Shown piece after piece: positions 33,475 to 44,900 of a stretch of DNA of 64,000 nt. The first letter of the stretch is position 1; each line of letters starts with the position of its first letter. The stretch is taken from assembly GCA_046290465.1 (NCBI GenBank), contig JBKAGP010000001.1:1152001-1216000 (forward strand). The letters are read 5' to 3'. Made by a program: the position numbers and the translations under genes. The notes under the pieces were generated by a model that worked only from the letters and a program-made list of their open reading frames with translations, ran no database searches and was not told the origin of the DNA. This DNA comes from Planctomycetota bacterium (GTDB taxonomy: Bacteria > Planctomycetota > UBA1135 > UBA2386).

Positions 33475-34893
33475 GTGGACCTACAAGACCTCAAGATCGA
33501 CCGCAAGCCGACGCACAAGCGGCAGCGCCGCGGCCGCAACCCGTGGCCGGCGCGGCTGATCGTCGCGGCGATCGTCGCCGTCGTCGGCTGGCTCACCTGG
33601 CCGATGCTCGGCCGCCTCTACGACCGCCTCAACCTGCCCGCGGTGCGCACCTACGTCGTCACCGAGAGCAACCCCGCGGCGGCCGCGGCCGTGCGCGGCA
33701 CCGCGGCCAACGGCTACGTGGTCGCGGCGCGACGCGCCGCGCTGTCCTCGGACGTGCCGGGCCGCATCGTCGAGATGAACGTGCAGGAAGGCTCGGTCGT
33801 CAAGAAGGACGACATCGTCGCCAGGCTGTTCGCCGACGACTTCCGCGCCGCCTACGAGCAGACCGAGGCGTCGCTGCTGGCGGCGGCGACGGCGGTCAAG
33901 CGCGCCGAGGCCAGCGAGAAGGTCGCGCAGGCGGAGATCGTCGAGGCCAACAGTTCGCTGCAGACCGCCGAGGCGCTGCGCGACGAGGGCGACAAGCAGC
34001 TGCAGTTCGCCGAGGCGGAGCTGCGCCGCATGCACGAGCTGGCGCAGACCGGCATCGAGGGCGAACGTGCCCTCCAGCTGGCCGAGCGCGATCGCGACAC
34101 CGCCAAGGCGCGGCTGGCCTCGCTGCGCGCCGGCGTCGCCGCCGCTGCCGCCAGGGCGCGCACCAGCGAGGAGCGCGCGGCCGTCGCGACCGTCGACGTC
34201 GAGTCCCGCCGCAACCAGCTCGAGGCGGCGCGGTTCGCCCGCGACCAGGCCAAGGCGACACTCGACAAGACCGACGTGCGCGCGCCGTTCGACGGCATCG
34301 TCGTGCTCAAGGACGCCGAGATCGGCGAGGTCGTTTCCCCCAACGCCCAGGGCGGCAGCAACGCGCGCGGCGCGGTCTGCACGATGGTCGACTTCGACTC
34401 GCTCGAGGTGCAGGCCAACGTGCCCGAGAATACCCTCAAGTCGGTCGAGGTCGGCGCCCCCGCCGACGTGTTCCTCGACGCGTTCCCCGACGACCGCTAC
34501 GCCGGCACCGTCGATCGCATCTGGCCGACCGCCGACCGCCAGAAGGCGACCGTCGAGGTGCGCATCAAGTTCGCGCGCCGCGACGAGCGGCTGCGCCCGG
34601 AGATGGGCGTGCGCATCGTGTTCCGCAAGGACCGCGATCCGGAGGCCGGGCAGCCGCCCGCGACGGCCGAACGCCGCATCGTCGTGCCGCAGGAGGCGCT
34701 GGTGCAGATCGGCGGACGGACCGGCGCGTTCGTGGTCGAACAGGACGCCGTGCGGTTCGCCGAGGTCACCGCCGGCGAGGCCAAGGGCGGCCGCGTCGCG
34801 ATCGACGCCGGCCTGACCGCCAACCAGCGCATCGTGCTCGATCCCCCCGCGTCGCTGCAGGACGGCGACCGCATCCGCGTAGAGCAGAACTGA
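33475..34893 (+). CDS. Efflux membrane-fusion (periplasmic adaptor) protein, MacA-like
   Basis: N-terminal TM, GRIVEMNVQEG, long coiled coil, VRAPFDG, LRPEM. Confidence 0.88.
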   Translation: MDLQDLKIDRKPTHKRQRRGRNPWPARLIVAAIVAVVGWLTWPMLGRLYDRLNLPAVRTYVVTESNPAAAAAVRGTAANGYVVAARRAALSSDVPGRIVEMNVQEGSVVKKDDIVARLFADDFRAAYEQTEASLLAAATAVKRAEASEKVAQAEIVEANSSLQTAEALRDEGDKQLQFAEAELRRMHELAQTGIEGERALQLAERDRDTAKARLASLRAGVAAAAARARTSEERAAVATVDVESRRNQLEAARFARDQAKATLDKTDVRAPFDGIVVLKDAEIGEVVSPNAQGGSNARGAVCTMVDFDSLEVQANVPENTLKSVEVGAPADVFLDAFPDDRYAGTVDRIWPTADRQKATVEVRIKFARRDERLRPEMGVRIVFRKDRDPEAGQPPATAERRIVVPQEALVQIGGRTGAFVVEQDAVRFAEVTAGEAKGGRVAIDAGLTANQRIVLDPPASLQDGDRIRVEQN

Positions 34894-34895
34894 AC

Positions 34896-35603
34896 ATGCC
34901 CGCAGCCATCCAACTCCGTTCCGTCACCAAGTCCTACTCCCGCGGCGGCGAGACGCTGCGTGTGCTCGACGAGCTCGACCTCGACATGGACGACGCGACG
35001 TTCTACGCGTTGATGGGTCCGTCGGGCTCCGGCAAGACCACGCTGCTCAATCTGGTCGGCGGCCTCGACCAGGCCGATTCCGGCGTCGTGCAGGTCGGCG
35101 ACGAGGACCTCGCCGTGATGGACGGCAGCGAACTGGCGCAGTGGCGGTCGGAGCATGTCGGCTTCGTCTTCCAGGGCTTCAACCTGCTGCCGGTGCTGAG
35201 CGCCCGCGAGAACGTCGAGCTGCCGCTGCTGCTGGCGCCGCTGTCCAAGCGCCAGCGCAGGGAGCAGGCCGAGCGCGCGCTCGAGCTGGTCGGGCTGCAG
35301 GACCGCATGGACCACAAGCCGCGCGAGCTGTCCGGTGGCCAGGAGCAGCGCGTCGCGATCGCCCGCGCGATCGCCACCGACCCCGCGGTGATCCTCGCCG
35401 ACGAACCGACCGGCGACCTCGACCGCAACACCGCCGACGCGGTGCTCGAGATGATGCAGCGGCTCAACAAGGAGCTCGGCAAGACCATCCTGATGGTCAC
35501 GCACGACCCGCAGGCGGCGACCTACGCCGACAAGACGATCCACCTCGACAAGGGCCGGCTCGGCCGCATCGAGGACAACCGCACCGCGACGCAGGGGAGC
35601 TAG
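34896..35603 (+). CDS. ABC transporter ATP-binding protein (LolD/MacB type)
   Basis: [37 protein letters not shown]. Confidence 0.93.
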   Translation: MPAAIQLRSVTKSYSRGGETLRVLDELDLDMDDATFYALMGPSGSGKTTLLNLVGGLDQADSGVVQVGDEDLAVMDGSELAQWRSEHVGFVFQGFNLLPVLSARENVELPLLLAPLSKRQRREQAERALELVGLQDRMDHKPRELSGGQEQRVAIARAIATDPAVILADEPTGDLDRNTADAVLEMMQRLNKELGKTILMVTHDPQAATYADKTIHLDKGRLGRIEDNRTATQGS

Positions 35604-35605
35604 CG

Positions 35606-36775
35606 ATGCCCTGGAAGCTGCTGATCCGCAACGTGCTCGGGCACAAGATGCGGTCCTTGCTGACGATCGGCGCGGTCACGGTCGCCGTGTTCCTGATCTG
35701 CGTGCTGCAGGCCGTAACCAGCGGCCTGTCGCGCACCCTCGACGCCTCTGCCGCCAATCGGCTGCTGGTCCAATCGGCGGTCAGCCTGTTCGTCGACCTG
35801 CCGCTGAGCTACCAGCAGAAGATGTCGTCGGTCGAGGGCGTCGAAGCCATCTGTAAGTGGCAGTGGTTCGGTGGTCGCTACGAGCAGGACAAGGGCGGCT
35901 TCTTCGCGCAGTTCGCCATCGACCCTGACACGTTCGCCCCGAGCTACCCCGAGATGAGCATCGCCGAGGGCAGCTACGAGGACTTCGCAAGCACCCGCAC
36001 GGCGTGCATCGTCGGCCGGCAGCTGGCGGACAAGTACGACTGGAAGGTCGGACAGACCGTGCCGATCCTTGGCACGATCTTCACCCGCGTCGACGGCAAG
36101 CCCTGGGACTTCACCGTCAAGGGCATCTACGAGAGCAACTCGCCGGCCTTCGACGAGCAGACGATGTTCTTCCAGTACGAGTATCTGCGCGAATCGCTCG
36201 AACAAGGCGGCGCGACCGGCCCCGACGGGGTCGGCGTCTACATGCTCAAGGTCCAGCAGGGCACGGACCCCCTGGTCGTCCAGCGCGCGGTCGACGGCAT
36301 GTTCGAGAACGGTCCGCAGCGGGTGCAGACCACGACCGAAGCCGAGTTCAACCGCCAGTTCATCTCGATGCTGGGCGACGTGCCGCAGCTGCTCCGCTTG
36401 ATCGGCGGCGCCGTGTTGTTCGCGATCTTCTTCGCGGTGCTCAACACGATGCTGCTCACCGGCCGCGAACGCACCCGGGACCTGGGCGTGATGAAGGCCC
36501 TCGGATTCCGCGACGGGGTCGCCGCCGGACTGCTGATCGGAGAATCCCTGCTGCTGTGCCTCACCGGCGCCGGGCTCGCCATCGGCCTCGCCCTGCTGAT
36601 CGAAGCGCCGGTGGCAGCGGTCACGGCTTCGTTCATCCCCGGGTTCGCACTCGATCGGAACACGCTGCTGCTTGGCGCTGGCATCGCCGCTGCCGTCGGC
36701 CTCGTCTCCGGCATCCTGCCGGGCATCCGCGCGGCCCGCATGAACACGACCCAGGCCCTGAAGGAGATCGCCTGA
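35606..36775 (+). CDS. ABC transporter permease (MacB/FtsX family)
   Basis: RSLLT N-terminal TM, periplasmic domain, NTM..RERTRDLGVMKALGF. Confidence 0.88.
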   Translation: MPWKLLIRNVLGHKMRSLLTIGAVTVAVFLICVLQAVTSGLSRTLDASAANRLLVQSAVSLFVDLPLSYQQKMSSVEGVEAICKWQWFGGRYEQDKGGFFAQFAIDPDTFAPSYPEMSIAEGSYEDFASTRTACIVGRQLADKYDWKVGQTVPILGTIFTRVDGKPWDFTVKGIYESNSPAFDEQTMFFQYEYLRESLEQGGATGPDGVGVYMLKVQQGTDPLVVQRAVDGMFENGPQRVQTTTEAEFNRQFISMLGDVPQLLRLIGGAVLFAIFFAVLNTMLLTGRERTRDLGVMKALGFRDGVAAGLLIGESLLLCLTGAGLAIGLALLIEAPVAAVTASFIPGFALDRNTLLLGAGIAAAVGLVSGILPGIRAARMNTTQALKEIA

Positions 36776-37941
36776 TGGCCCTCGTCCCGTTCCGCTACAA
36801 CCTTCGCAGCCTGTTCGTCCGGTTGTCCTCGACGCTGCTCACCGTGTGCGCCGTCGGCGCGACGATCGCCGTGCTGGCCGGGATGCTGTCCCTGCAGCAG
36901 GGGTTCGCCACCATCTTCCAGGAGCGCGGCCGGACCGACCTCGCAATCTTCCTGCGCAAGGGGGCGACGTCCGAAGGCGAATCCGGCGTCACGCTCGAGC
37001 AGTGCTCCATCCTGAAGAAGGAGGTGCCCGAGGTGCAGCGCAACGCGGCCGGCCAGCCGCTCGCGAGCGCCGAGATGTTCCTCGCGGTTCGCCTGCGCAA
37101 GTTCGACGGCGGCGAGACCAACGTCGCGATTCGCGGCGTCGAACCGATGACGTTCGACATCCACGGTGACGACATCCGGATCACCGACGGCAAGGCCTTC
37201 ACGCCGGGGTCGGACGAGTTGATCGTGGGCGAGGGCCTGCTCGGCCGGATCGCCAACTGCAACGTCGGCGACACCCTGCGCATCAACACCGGCACCTTCC
37301 GTATCGTCGGATCGTTCTCGGGCAAGGGTGGCTACCAGAGCGAGATCTGGGGCGACCTCGACCGCCTGTCCGACGCCCTGCAGCGCCCGGTGCGCAGCCG
37401 CGTGATCGCCAAGGTGTCGCCCGAGACGGACCTCCAGGCGATCGAGGATCGCTACACCGACGACAAGCGGCTGCAGCCGAAGGTGCTCAACGAACGGGAC
37501 TACCTCGCCAGCCAGACCAGCGACCTGTCGGCGCGCTTCCTGTTCGTCGGCGGGTTCCTGGCTCTGATCATGGGCATCGGCGCGATCTTCACCGGCACCA
37601 ATTCGATGCTGGCCGCGATCGGAGCGCGCACGCACGAGATCGGCATCCTCAAGGCGGTCGGCTACAAGCCGTTCGCGATCTTCGTGTCGTTCCTCGGCGA
37701 GTCGCTGCTGCTCGGCGTGCTGGGCGGCATCGTCGGCTGCCTGATGGTGCTGCCGTTCCAGGGAGCCGAGACCGGCACCATGAACAGCACCTTCTCCGAG
37801 GTGACCTTCGCGTTCCGGACCACACCCTCCGCCATGCTGTGGTCGATCGTGTTCGCCGCGGGACTCGGGGTGATCGGCGGCTTGTTCCCCGCCTGGCGCG
37901 CCTCCCGCATGACGCCGACCGAAGCTCTGCGTCGCGGCTGA
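36775..37941 (+). CDS. ABC transporter permease (MacB/FtsX family)
   Basis: TGATG overlap; YNLRSL, RTHEIGILKAVG, PAWRASRM. Confidence 0.88.
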   Translation: MALVPFRYNLRSLFVRLSSTLLTVCAVGATIAVLAGMLSLQQGFATIFQERGRTDLAIFLRKGATSEGESGVTLEQCSILKKEVPEVQRNAAGQPLASAEMFLAVRLRKFDGGETNVAIRGVEPMTFDIHGDDIRITDGKAFTPGSDELIVGEGLLGRIANCNVGDTLRINTGTFRIVGSFSGKGGYQSEIWGDLDRLSDALQRPVRSRVIAKVSPETDLQAIEDRYTDDKRLQPKVLNERDYLASQTSDLSARFLFVGGFLALIMGIGAIFTGTNSMLAAIGARTHEIGILKAVGYKPFAIFVSFLGESLLLGVLGGIVGCLMVLPFQGAETGTMNSTFSEVTFAFRTTPSAMLWSIVFAAGLGVIGGLFPAWRASRMTPTEALRRG

Positions 37942-37951
37942 ACCCGCGAGC

Positions 37952-39160
37952 ATGCCGCGCCCCTCCACCATCGTCGCGCTCTACCGCGACGCGTTCGGCG
38001 GCCTGCCGCGGCTGACGTGGCTCTTGTGCCTCGCGGCGTTCCTCAACCGCTGCGGCGCGATGGTCGTGCCGTTCCTCGGCCTCTACGCCAAGGAACGGTT
38101 CGACTGCTCGCCCGAGCAGGCGGGCATCGTGCTCAGCATCTACGGCGTCGGCGCGGTCACCGGCAGCTGGCTCGGCGGCTTCCTGACCGACCGCCTGGGC
38201 TCGGTGCGCCTGCAGCGCTGGGCCCTGATGACCAGCGGCCTGTGGATGTTCGCGATGGTGCGCGTGCTCGAGCCGGGCTGGCTCGAGGCCGCCACCTTCG
38301 GACTCGCCGTGCTCAACGAAGCCTTCCGCCCCGGCAGCATCACGGCCGTCGCCAGCAGCACGACGCCCGAACTGCGCCGCAAGGCGCTGTCGCTCAACCG
38401 CCTGATGCTCAACCTCGGCTGGGCCGTCGGCCCGACCATCGGCGGCTACCTGGTGCAGCGCGACTTCGCCGTGATGTTCTACGTCGACGGCGCGACCTGC
38501 GTGGTCGCCGCCGCGTTCCTGATGTTCGGCCTCGGCGGCTTCGACCCGCGCCCCGAGCCCGCGACCGAACAGGACACGACCCGCCCGTCGCGGCCGTTCC
38601 GTGACGGCCACTTCCTGTGGCTGATGCTCGCCAACCTGATCGTCTTGATGGCGTTCATGCAGTACTTCACGACCGGCTCGCGGGTGTTCGAGGACGACGG
38701 CTACACGCGCCCGCAGATCGGCTGGTTCCTGGCCGTCAACCCGATCCTGATCGTGCTGTTCGAGATGCTGACCGTGCACGCGCTGCGTCGCCGCCGCGCG
38801 CTGCCGATCGTCGCGCTCGGTTCGCTGGTCGTCGGCCTCGGCTACGTGGTGCTGCTCGCCCCGCTCGGCGCCACCGGCATCGTGATCGCGATGGCGATCG
38901 TCGCCGGCGGCGAACTGCTGCAGATGCCGCTGCTCAGCGCCTACATCAACGACCACGCCCCCGCCCACGCGCGCGGCGCCTACAACGGTGCCTACGGCAT
39001 GGTCTTCAGCATCGGCCAGATCACCGCACCGCTGCTCGGCGGCTTCCTCTACGCACGCCTGGGCCAACAGGCGCTGTGGATCGCGTGCGGCGTGCTCGCC
39101 GCGGTCGGCGCGCTGATGTTCCTGCTGTCTTCGCGCCGCGAGCCGGCCGTGCCCGCCTGA
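37952..39160 (+). CDS. MFS transporter
   Basis: GGFLTDRLG motif A, about 12 hydrophobic segments, RGAYNG. Confidence 0.88.
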   Translation: MPRPSTIVALYRDAFGGLPRLTWLLCLAAFLNRCGAMVVPFLGLYAKERFDCSPEQAGIVLSIYGVGAVTGSWLGGFLTDRLGSVRLQRWALMTSGLWMFAMVRVLEPGWLEAATFGLAVLNEAFRPGSITAVASSTTPELRRKALSLNRLMLNLGWAVGPTIGGYLVQRDFAVMFYVDGATCVVAAAFLMFGLGGFDPRPEPATEQDTTRPSRPFRDGHFLWLMLANLIVLMAFMQYFTTGSRVFEDDGYTRPQIGWFLAVNPILIVLFEMLTVHALRRRRALPIVALGSLVVGLGYVVLLAPLGATGIVIAMAIVAGGELLQMPLLSAYINDHAPAHARGAYNGAYGMVFSIGQITAPLLGGFLYARLGQQALWIACGVLAAVGALMFLLSSRREPAVPA

Positions 39161-39172
39161 GCCCCGGCCCGT

Positions 39173-39661
39173 TCACAGATCCGACACCGACACGCGCACC
39201 GCGCCGCCGTCGCGAAACCAGGTCGCCTCGTCGTGCACGCGCAGGTCGTCGCGCTTGAGGACGAACTGCAGCGTGATGCAGCCGTCGCGCAGGTCCTCGT
39301 GGTCCCAGAAGCGATCGTTGGACAGCACCAGGCCGTCGTGCTCGCGCGCATGCTGCAGCAGGTAGGCGTCGGCCGACTCACGGTGCGGCGTGACGACGTA
39401 GCGCGGCCGCCCCTCGGTCACGTCCTGGCAGCGGGCCCGCAGCACCTGCTGCGCGTCGCGCGGGCAGGCCATCGCCGTGGAGTAGTCGACGAACACCCAG
39501 ATCGGCAGGTCGCCGAAGCGGTCCTGGCACCAGCGTTCGGCGAGTTCGAGGCGCTGCAGCGGCCGCCGTCGGCTCGACGCGATCACGTTGGCCCCGTCGA
39601 TCACGACGCAGCGGCGCGACGGCGGCACGGGGCCGGGCGGGCGTCGCTTCGGGCCCGCCAT
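39173..39661 (-). CDS. PIN-like NYN/Zc3h12a-type ribonuclease
   Basis: VVIDGANV, ADAYLL, VLSNDRFWD acidic motifs; TGATG-coupled to the upstream peptidase. Confidence 0.75.
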   Translation of the reverse strand: MAGPKRRPPGPVPPSRRCVVIDGANVIASSRRRPLQRLELAERWCQDRFGDLPIWVFVDYSTAMACPRDAQQVLRARCQDVTEGRPRYVVTPHRESADAYLLQHAREHDGLVLSNDRFWDHEDLRDGCITLQFVLKRDDLRVHDEATWFRDGGAVRVSVSDL

Positions 39662-40758
39662 CAGCGCGCGGCCTCGGGAGCGGCGCCGAAGTGGCGGCGC
39701 AAGGGCTGCAGCGGCAGCGCGCGCACCGTGCGGCCCATTCCGGCCGTGGTCTCGGCCGCACACAGCGAGTCGAGGATCGCCTGCTCGGTGGCGTCGGCGA
39801 CCGCGACGAACAGCGGGGAGAGCTGGCTGCCGCGCAGCGGCCCCGCGTCGAAGCCGGCGGTCGAGAACGCAACCGCATAGTCGCCGCTACCGTTGCTGAA
39901 CGACGCGCCGGTGCGCGCCATGCCGGCGAACGCGCGGCGCGCCAGCCGTTCGAGGCCGCGCTGGTCGAGCGGTGCGTCGGTGGCGATCACGACCATGCAG
40001 GAGCCGTCGTGGTCCTCGCCCACCAGGTTGGCGAACGGCTGGCCGTCGACGACCAGGCGACCGCCGAAGTTGCTCTGCACCAGCACGCCGACGGTGAAGT
40101 CACCTACGACGCGCGAAGCGCTGCCGACGCCGCCCTTGAAGCCGAAGCAGACCGTGCCGGCGCCGGCGCCCACCGCACCGACCTCGAACGCGCCGTCGCT
40201 GGCAGCGGCGATCGCCGCCGCCACGTGCGCGCTCCCGACGGGCCGCGCGCGGATGTCCGACAGCCGACCGTCGTTGGTCTCGCCGACGACCACGTTGGCC
40301 GAACGCACGCGCTCGTTGCCGGGCTGCGCCAGCAGCCAGTCGAGCAGGCCGTCGGCGACGCGGTGCACGTTGAGCGTTCCGCACAGCGCGATCGGGCTCT
40401 CGAGCTCGCCGAGCTCCATCAGCTGGGTGGCGCCGACCATCTTGCCGAAGCCGTTCTGCACGCACAGCGCGGCCGGCAGCTTGCTCTGGAACGGGTTGCC
40501 GCGCTGCGGCAGCACCACGGTCACGCCGGTGTGCAGGCGTTCGCCTTCGTGCAGCGTCGCGTGGCCGACGGCGACGCCGTCGACGTCGGTGATCGCGTCC
40601 AGCGGCCCGGCCGCGAGCGCGCCGACGTGGATGCCGACGTCGCGCGCGCGCATGCGCTGGCCCGCGGCCGTGACGACGAGCTGCGCCTGCGGTTCGGTCG
40701 GCACAGCACACGACGCCAGCGCCAGCACGACCCCGCAGCACCACCAGCAACGCTTCAT
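39661..40758 (-). CDS. DmpA/P1 (S58) family aminopeptidase, probable lipoprotein
   Basis: ITDVDGVAVGH, NGFGK, GETND, GAGAG, KGGVGSASR, autocleavage G-S in DGSCMVVIATD, GSGD; lipobox LAS|C. Confidence 0.88.
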   Translation of the reverse strand: MKRCWWCCGVVLALASCAVPTEPQAQLVVTAAGQRMRARDVGIHVGALAAGPLDAITDVDGVAVGHATLHEGERLHTGVTVVLPQRGNPFQSKLPAALCVQNGFGKMVGATQLMELGELESPIALCGTLNVHRVADGLLDWLLAQPGNERVRSANVVVGETNDGRLSDIRARPVGSAHVAAAIAAASDGAFEVGAVGAGAGTVCFGFKGGVGSASRVVGDFTVGVLVQSNFGGRLVVDGQPFANLVGEDHDGSCMVVIATDAPLDQRGLERLARRAFAGMARTGASFSNGSGDYAVAFSTAGFDAGPLRGSQLSPLFVAVADATEQAILDSLCAAETTAGMGRTVRALPLQPLRRHFGAAPEAAR

Positions 40759-40805
40759 CGCCACAGGATGCCGGATCGACGTGCGGACCGCTATCGTGCG
40801 GGCCG

Positions 40806-41819
40806 ATGCAGATCCCGCAGTTCTGGGCCGAGCACCGCCTCGAAGGCAAGATCGAACCGACGCGCTCCGGCGGACGGAAGCGCGTGCGCGTCGTGCGCCG
40901 CTTCGGCTGGTCCGACGAGAGCCAGGCGCAGGCCGAGGTGCACGCGCGCGAGCGCGCCGAGGCCGCGTTCGCCGAACTGCGTGCTGGCCGCTCCGTGAGC
41001 CAGCGCGAGCGCAAGCTCGCCTACGGCGACGAAGGCCTGCCGATCCGCGAGGAGGTGCTGGCGCGCAACGGCGACGACGTGATCACGCGCAACTCCTACG
41101 GCGCCCGCTGCCTCAACGAGCCCGACGTGCTGTTCGCCGACCTCGACATCCAACCGCAGCTGCCGTTCGGCATCGGCAGCACGCTCGGCGCGGTCGGCTG
41201 CTTCCTGCCGGTCGTCGGCCTGCTCGCGGGCGTCTCGCTGATGTGGAACGGCGAGCTGCGGATCGGCCTCGCCGCGCTCGCCGGCGGCTTCGTGGTCGGC
41301 ATCGTCCTGCTGGCGGCGCTGGGCCGCCTCAACCGCTCGACGCCGGTGATCGCCGCGACCCAGGTCCGCGTCCGCCGCCGCGTCGCGCAGGTGCTCGAAC
41401 GGCGCCGCGACTGGCGCTTCGCCCTCTACGAGACCCCGGCCGGCTTCCGCCTGCTGGCGCTGCACGCGACCTTCGATCCGCGCAGCGAAGAGGTGCAGGC
41501 GCTGTTCCGCGAGCTCGGCACCGACCCCGCCTATGCCCAGATGTGCGCGCTGCAGGCCTGCTTTCGCGCCCGCGTCAGCGCCAAGCCCTGGCGCATCGAC
41601 CTCGACCGCCTGCCCACCCGCGCCGTCTGGCCGGTCCCCGCAGACCGCCTCCCCGAACGCACTGCCTGGATCGCCCGCTATGAGCTCCTGGCCCAGAACC
41701 ACGCCGCCTGCCGCTACCTCGAAGACCTCGGCACCGCCCCGGTCGCAGCGCGCTGCGCCCACGTCCAGCAGATGCACGACGAGCTGTGCAAGGCGCGAAC
41801 GGAGCTGCCGCTGGCGTAG
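40806..41819 (+). CDS. Conserved hypothetical membrane protein
   Basis: Typical codon bias; two central TMs; motifs NSYGARCLN, LFADLD, YETPAGFR, CFRARVSAKPWR. Confidence 0.7.
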   Translation: MQIPQFWAEHRLEGKIEPTRSGGRKRVRVVRRFGWSDESQAQAEVHARERAEAAFAELRAGRSVSQRERKLAYGDEGLPIREEVLARNGDDVITRNSYGARCLNEPDVLFADLDIQPQLPFGIGSTLGAVGCFLPVVGLLAGVSLMWNGELRIGLAALAGGFVVGIVLLAALGRLNRSTPVIAATQVRVRRRVAQVLERRRDWRFALYETPAGFRLLALHATFDPRSEEVQALFRELGTDPAYAQMCALQACFRARVSAKPWRIDLDRLPTRAVWPVPADRLPERTAWIARYELLAQNHAACRYLEDLGTAPVAARCAHVQQMHDELCKARTELPLA

Positions 41820-41906
41820 CCTTGTCTGGCAAGAGGACACAGAGAGGGCGAAGCAAGGAGAGCCGGATGAAGCCGGCCGCCCGCCAGACCGGCCACAGCG
41901 GAAGAG

Positions 41907-44900
41907 CTAAGGCATCTCGACCTCGCTCACCCGCAGCCCGAGGCCGCCGCCGACGCGTTCTTCGACCTGGCCGGTGAAGACGAACGGGCCGCGGCCCTGG
42001 AGGAGGCCGCCGACGCGCTGGTAGACCTTGGGGAACAGCGTCGACTCGACGATGCCGGTGCCGTCCTCGATGGTCACGAAGCACATGCCGCCGTTCTTGC
42101 TGTTGGCGACGCCGCGGCGGATCGCGTGGCCGCGGAAGGCGACCGCGAAGCCGCAGACCCGCACGGTGCGGCCGACATGCTCGCCGACTTTGCCGCACGG
42201 CACGCAGCGCGACAGCACCGGCAGCTCGCCGCGGCGCCACAGCACGTCGACCGGGTGGCTGCCGAGCGTGAAGCCGAGCAGCGTCAGCTCGTGGTCGGCG
42301 CGCTGCTTGTCGTCGTAGTCGGGCAGCTGCGGGTAGCTGGCCTCGCGCGGCGTGACGGCGTCGACGAACAGCGCGCCGCGCGAGGCGGCCGCCGAACGCT
42401 CGATCGCCTTCTGCGCGCGCGGCGTCATCGCGACCTGCAGCCGCCACAACAGCTCGGGCCGGCTGGTGCCCAGGCCGTCGAGCGCGCCCACCTGGATCAG
42501 GTTCTCCACCTCGTTGCGCATCGGCCGCACCCGCTGCAGGAAGTCGACCAGATCGCCGAACGGTCCCCCCGCGCGGCGCGCGGTCAGGATCCTGTCGACG
42601 GTGCGTTCGCCGAGGCCGTGCACGGTGCCGAGGCCGATGCGGATGACCTTCTCGCCGATCAGCTCGTGCTCGGCTGCGCCCTGCTGCACGCACGGCGCGC
42701 GCAGCTCGGCGCCGAGCCGCTTGGCCTCCTCGGCGTAGACGCCCGACGCGAAGTAGCCGGCGTCGTTGCGCAACATCGCGCACAGGAACGCGGCCGGCCA
42801 GCGCGCCTTCAGGAACACGCAGCGGTAGGCGAGCCGGCCGTAGGTCACCGAGTGTGCCTTGCAGAACGAGTAGGCCGCGAACCGCGCCATCTCGGCCCAG
42901 ATCTGCTCGATCGCCTGCCGCGGCAGGCCGCGCCGCAGCCCCGCGACGACGAACGCGTCGGCCTCGTCCTGCATCGCGTGGGTGCGGCCGCGCTTGCCGA
43001 GGTCGCGGCGCAGCACGTCACCGGCGGTCGCGTCGAGCCCGGCGACCGCCATCGCCGCGCGGATCACGTCCTCCTGGTAGAGCATGATGCCGAACGTGTC
43101 GGCGAACACCTCGAGCAGCAGCGGGTGCGCCGCGGTCGCCTCCTCCATGCCGCGCGCCCGCCGGATGAACGCCTCCTTCATGCCCGACGACGCCGGCCCC
43201 GGCCGCACCAGCGCGACCGCCTGGATGACGCGGTCCATGGTCGCCGCGCCGACCTGCTGCAGCAGCGTGCGCATCGCCGGCGACTCGACCTGGAAGCAGC
43301 CGAGCGTGCCGCCGTTCTGCAGCAGGTGCGCGGTGCGCTCGTCGTCCTCGGGGATCGCGTGCAGGTCCGGCACGCGCACGCCGTGGCCGCCCAGCATCGT
43401 CACGCAGTCGTGCACGATCGACAGCGCGCGGTTGCCGAGCAGGTCGATCTTGACCATGCCGAGCCCCTCGACGAAGTGCATGTCGTACTGCGTGACGACC
43501 ACGCCCTTGGCGGCGCGCTCGAGCGGCGCGTGGGTCGCGATCGGCTGCGGCGTGATCACCACGCCGCCGGGGTGCACGCCGAGGTGGCGCGGCGCCGCCA
43601 GCAGCTGCTGCGCCAGCCGCAGCAGCATGCGTTCGGCCGCGGCCGGCAGCGACGAACTGTCGTGCACGGAAGCCCGTTCGCCGCCCCGTCCGGGGGACCT
43701 GCCGGCGCGGAAGAAGCCGGGCGTCTCGGCGATCGTCTCGGCCAGGTCGATGCCGCCGCCGGCGTGCCACGGCAGCCGCTTGCTGCGCCGCGCCGCCTCC
43801 TGCGGCGGCAGCCCCATCACCTTGGCCGCCTCCTGGTAGGCCGAGCGCGGCCCGCAGGTGTTGTAGGTCGCGATCATCGCGACGTGGTCGCGACCGAAGT
43901 GCTCGTAGACCGCGTCGATCAGCTCGTCGCGGCGCCGCCAGCAGAAGTCGAGGTCGATGTCCGGCAGGTCGCTGCGGCCGGGATTGAGGAAGCGCTCGAA
44001 CAGCAGCCCGTAGCGGATCGGATCGGCGTCGGTCAGCCCGAGGCAGTGCGCCACCAGGCTGTCGGCCGCCGAGCCGCGACCGACGAACGGGATGTCGCGC
44101 GCACGCGCCAGGTCGACGATCTGGTGCACGGCCAGGAAGTACGGCGCGAACCCCATGCGCTCGATCACCTGCAGTTCGCGCTCGCAGCGCTGCTGCGCGT
44201 CGGCGAACGCATCGCGGCCGCCGTAGCGCTGCTTCATGCCGCGCAGCACCAGCTCGCGCAGGCAGCCCTCGGCGGTCTCTCCGCGCGCCAGCTCGATCGG
44301 CGGAAAGATCGGCGCGGCGCGTTCGGCGAACTCGAGCGAACAGCTCTGCAGCACCTGCTCGGCCATCGCCACCGCCTCGGGCGCGTCGTCGTGGCCGTCG
44401 CGCAGCTGCTGCGGCGTCGGCAGGTGCATGTCGGGCGCGGCGACCCCGATGCCGCGCAGGTCACGCATCGCATCGCCGCCGCCGGCGACCAGGCTGCGCA
44501 GCGAACGGTTCCACTTGACCGCCAGGAACAGCTGGTGCAGCACGTGGTCGTCCGGCGTCGGGAACCAGACGTCGCGCACGGCGCACAGCTGCAGTTCGAG
44601 GTCGCGCGCCAGGTCGCGCAGCATGCGGCGCGGCCACGCCACCCCGGGGTCTGGCAGCTTGCGCCCGGCGACCGCCGGGTTGCCGGCGCCGTGGTCCGGC
44701 CGCTCCGGCCCGCGCGGCGGCAGCGCCACCAGCAGCCGTTCGCGCGGCACGCGCACCGACAGCTCGGGCAACAGGCGCGGATCGCCGCAGACGAACCACA
44801 GGCCGTCGGCGAAGCGCTCGCACGCGCGCGGCAGGTCGAAGGCGCCGCCGGCCGCCCCCACCCCGCTCCCGACCCCGTGGTACCTGCTCAACAACGCGCA

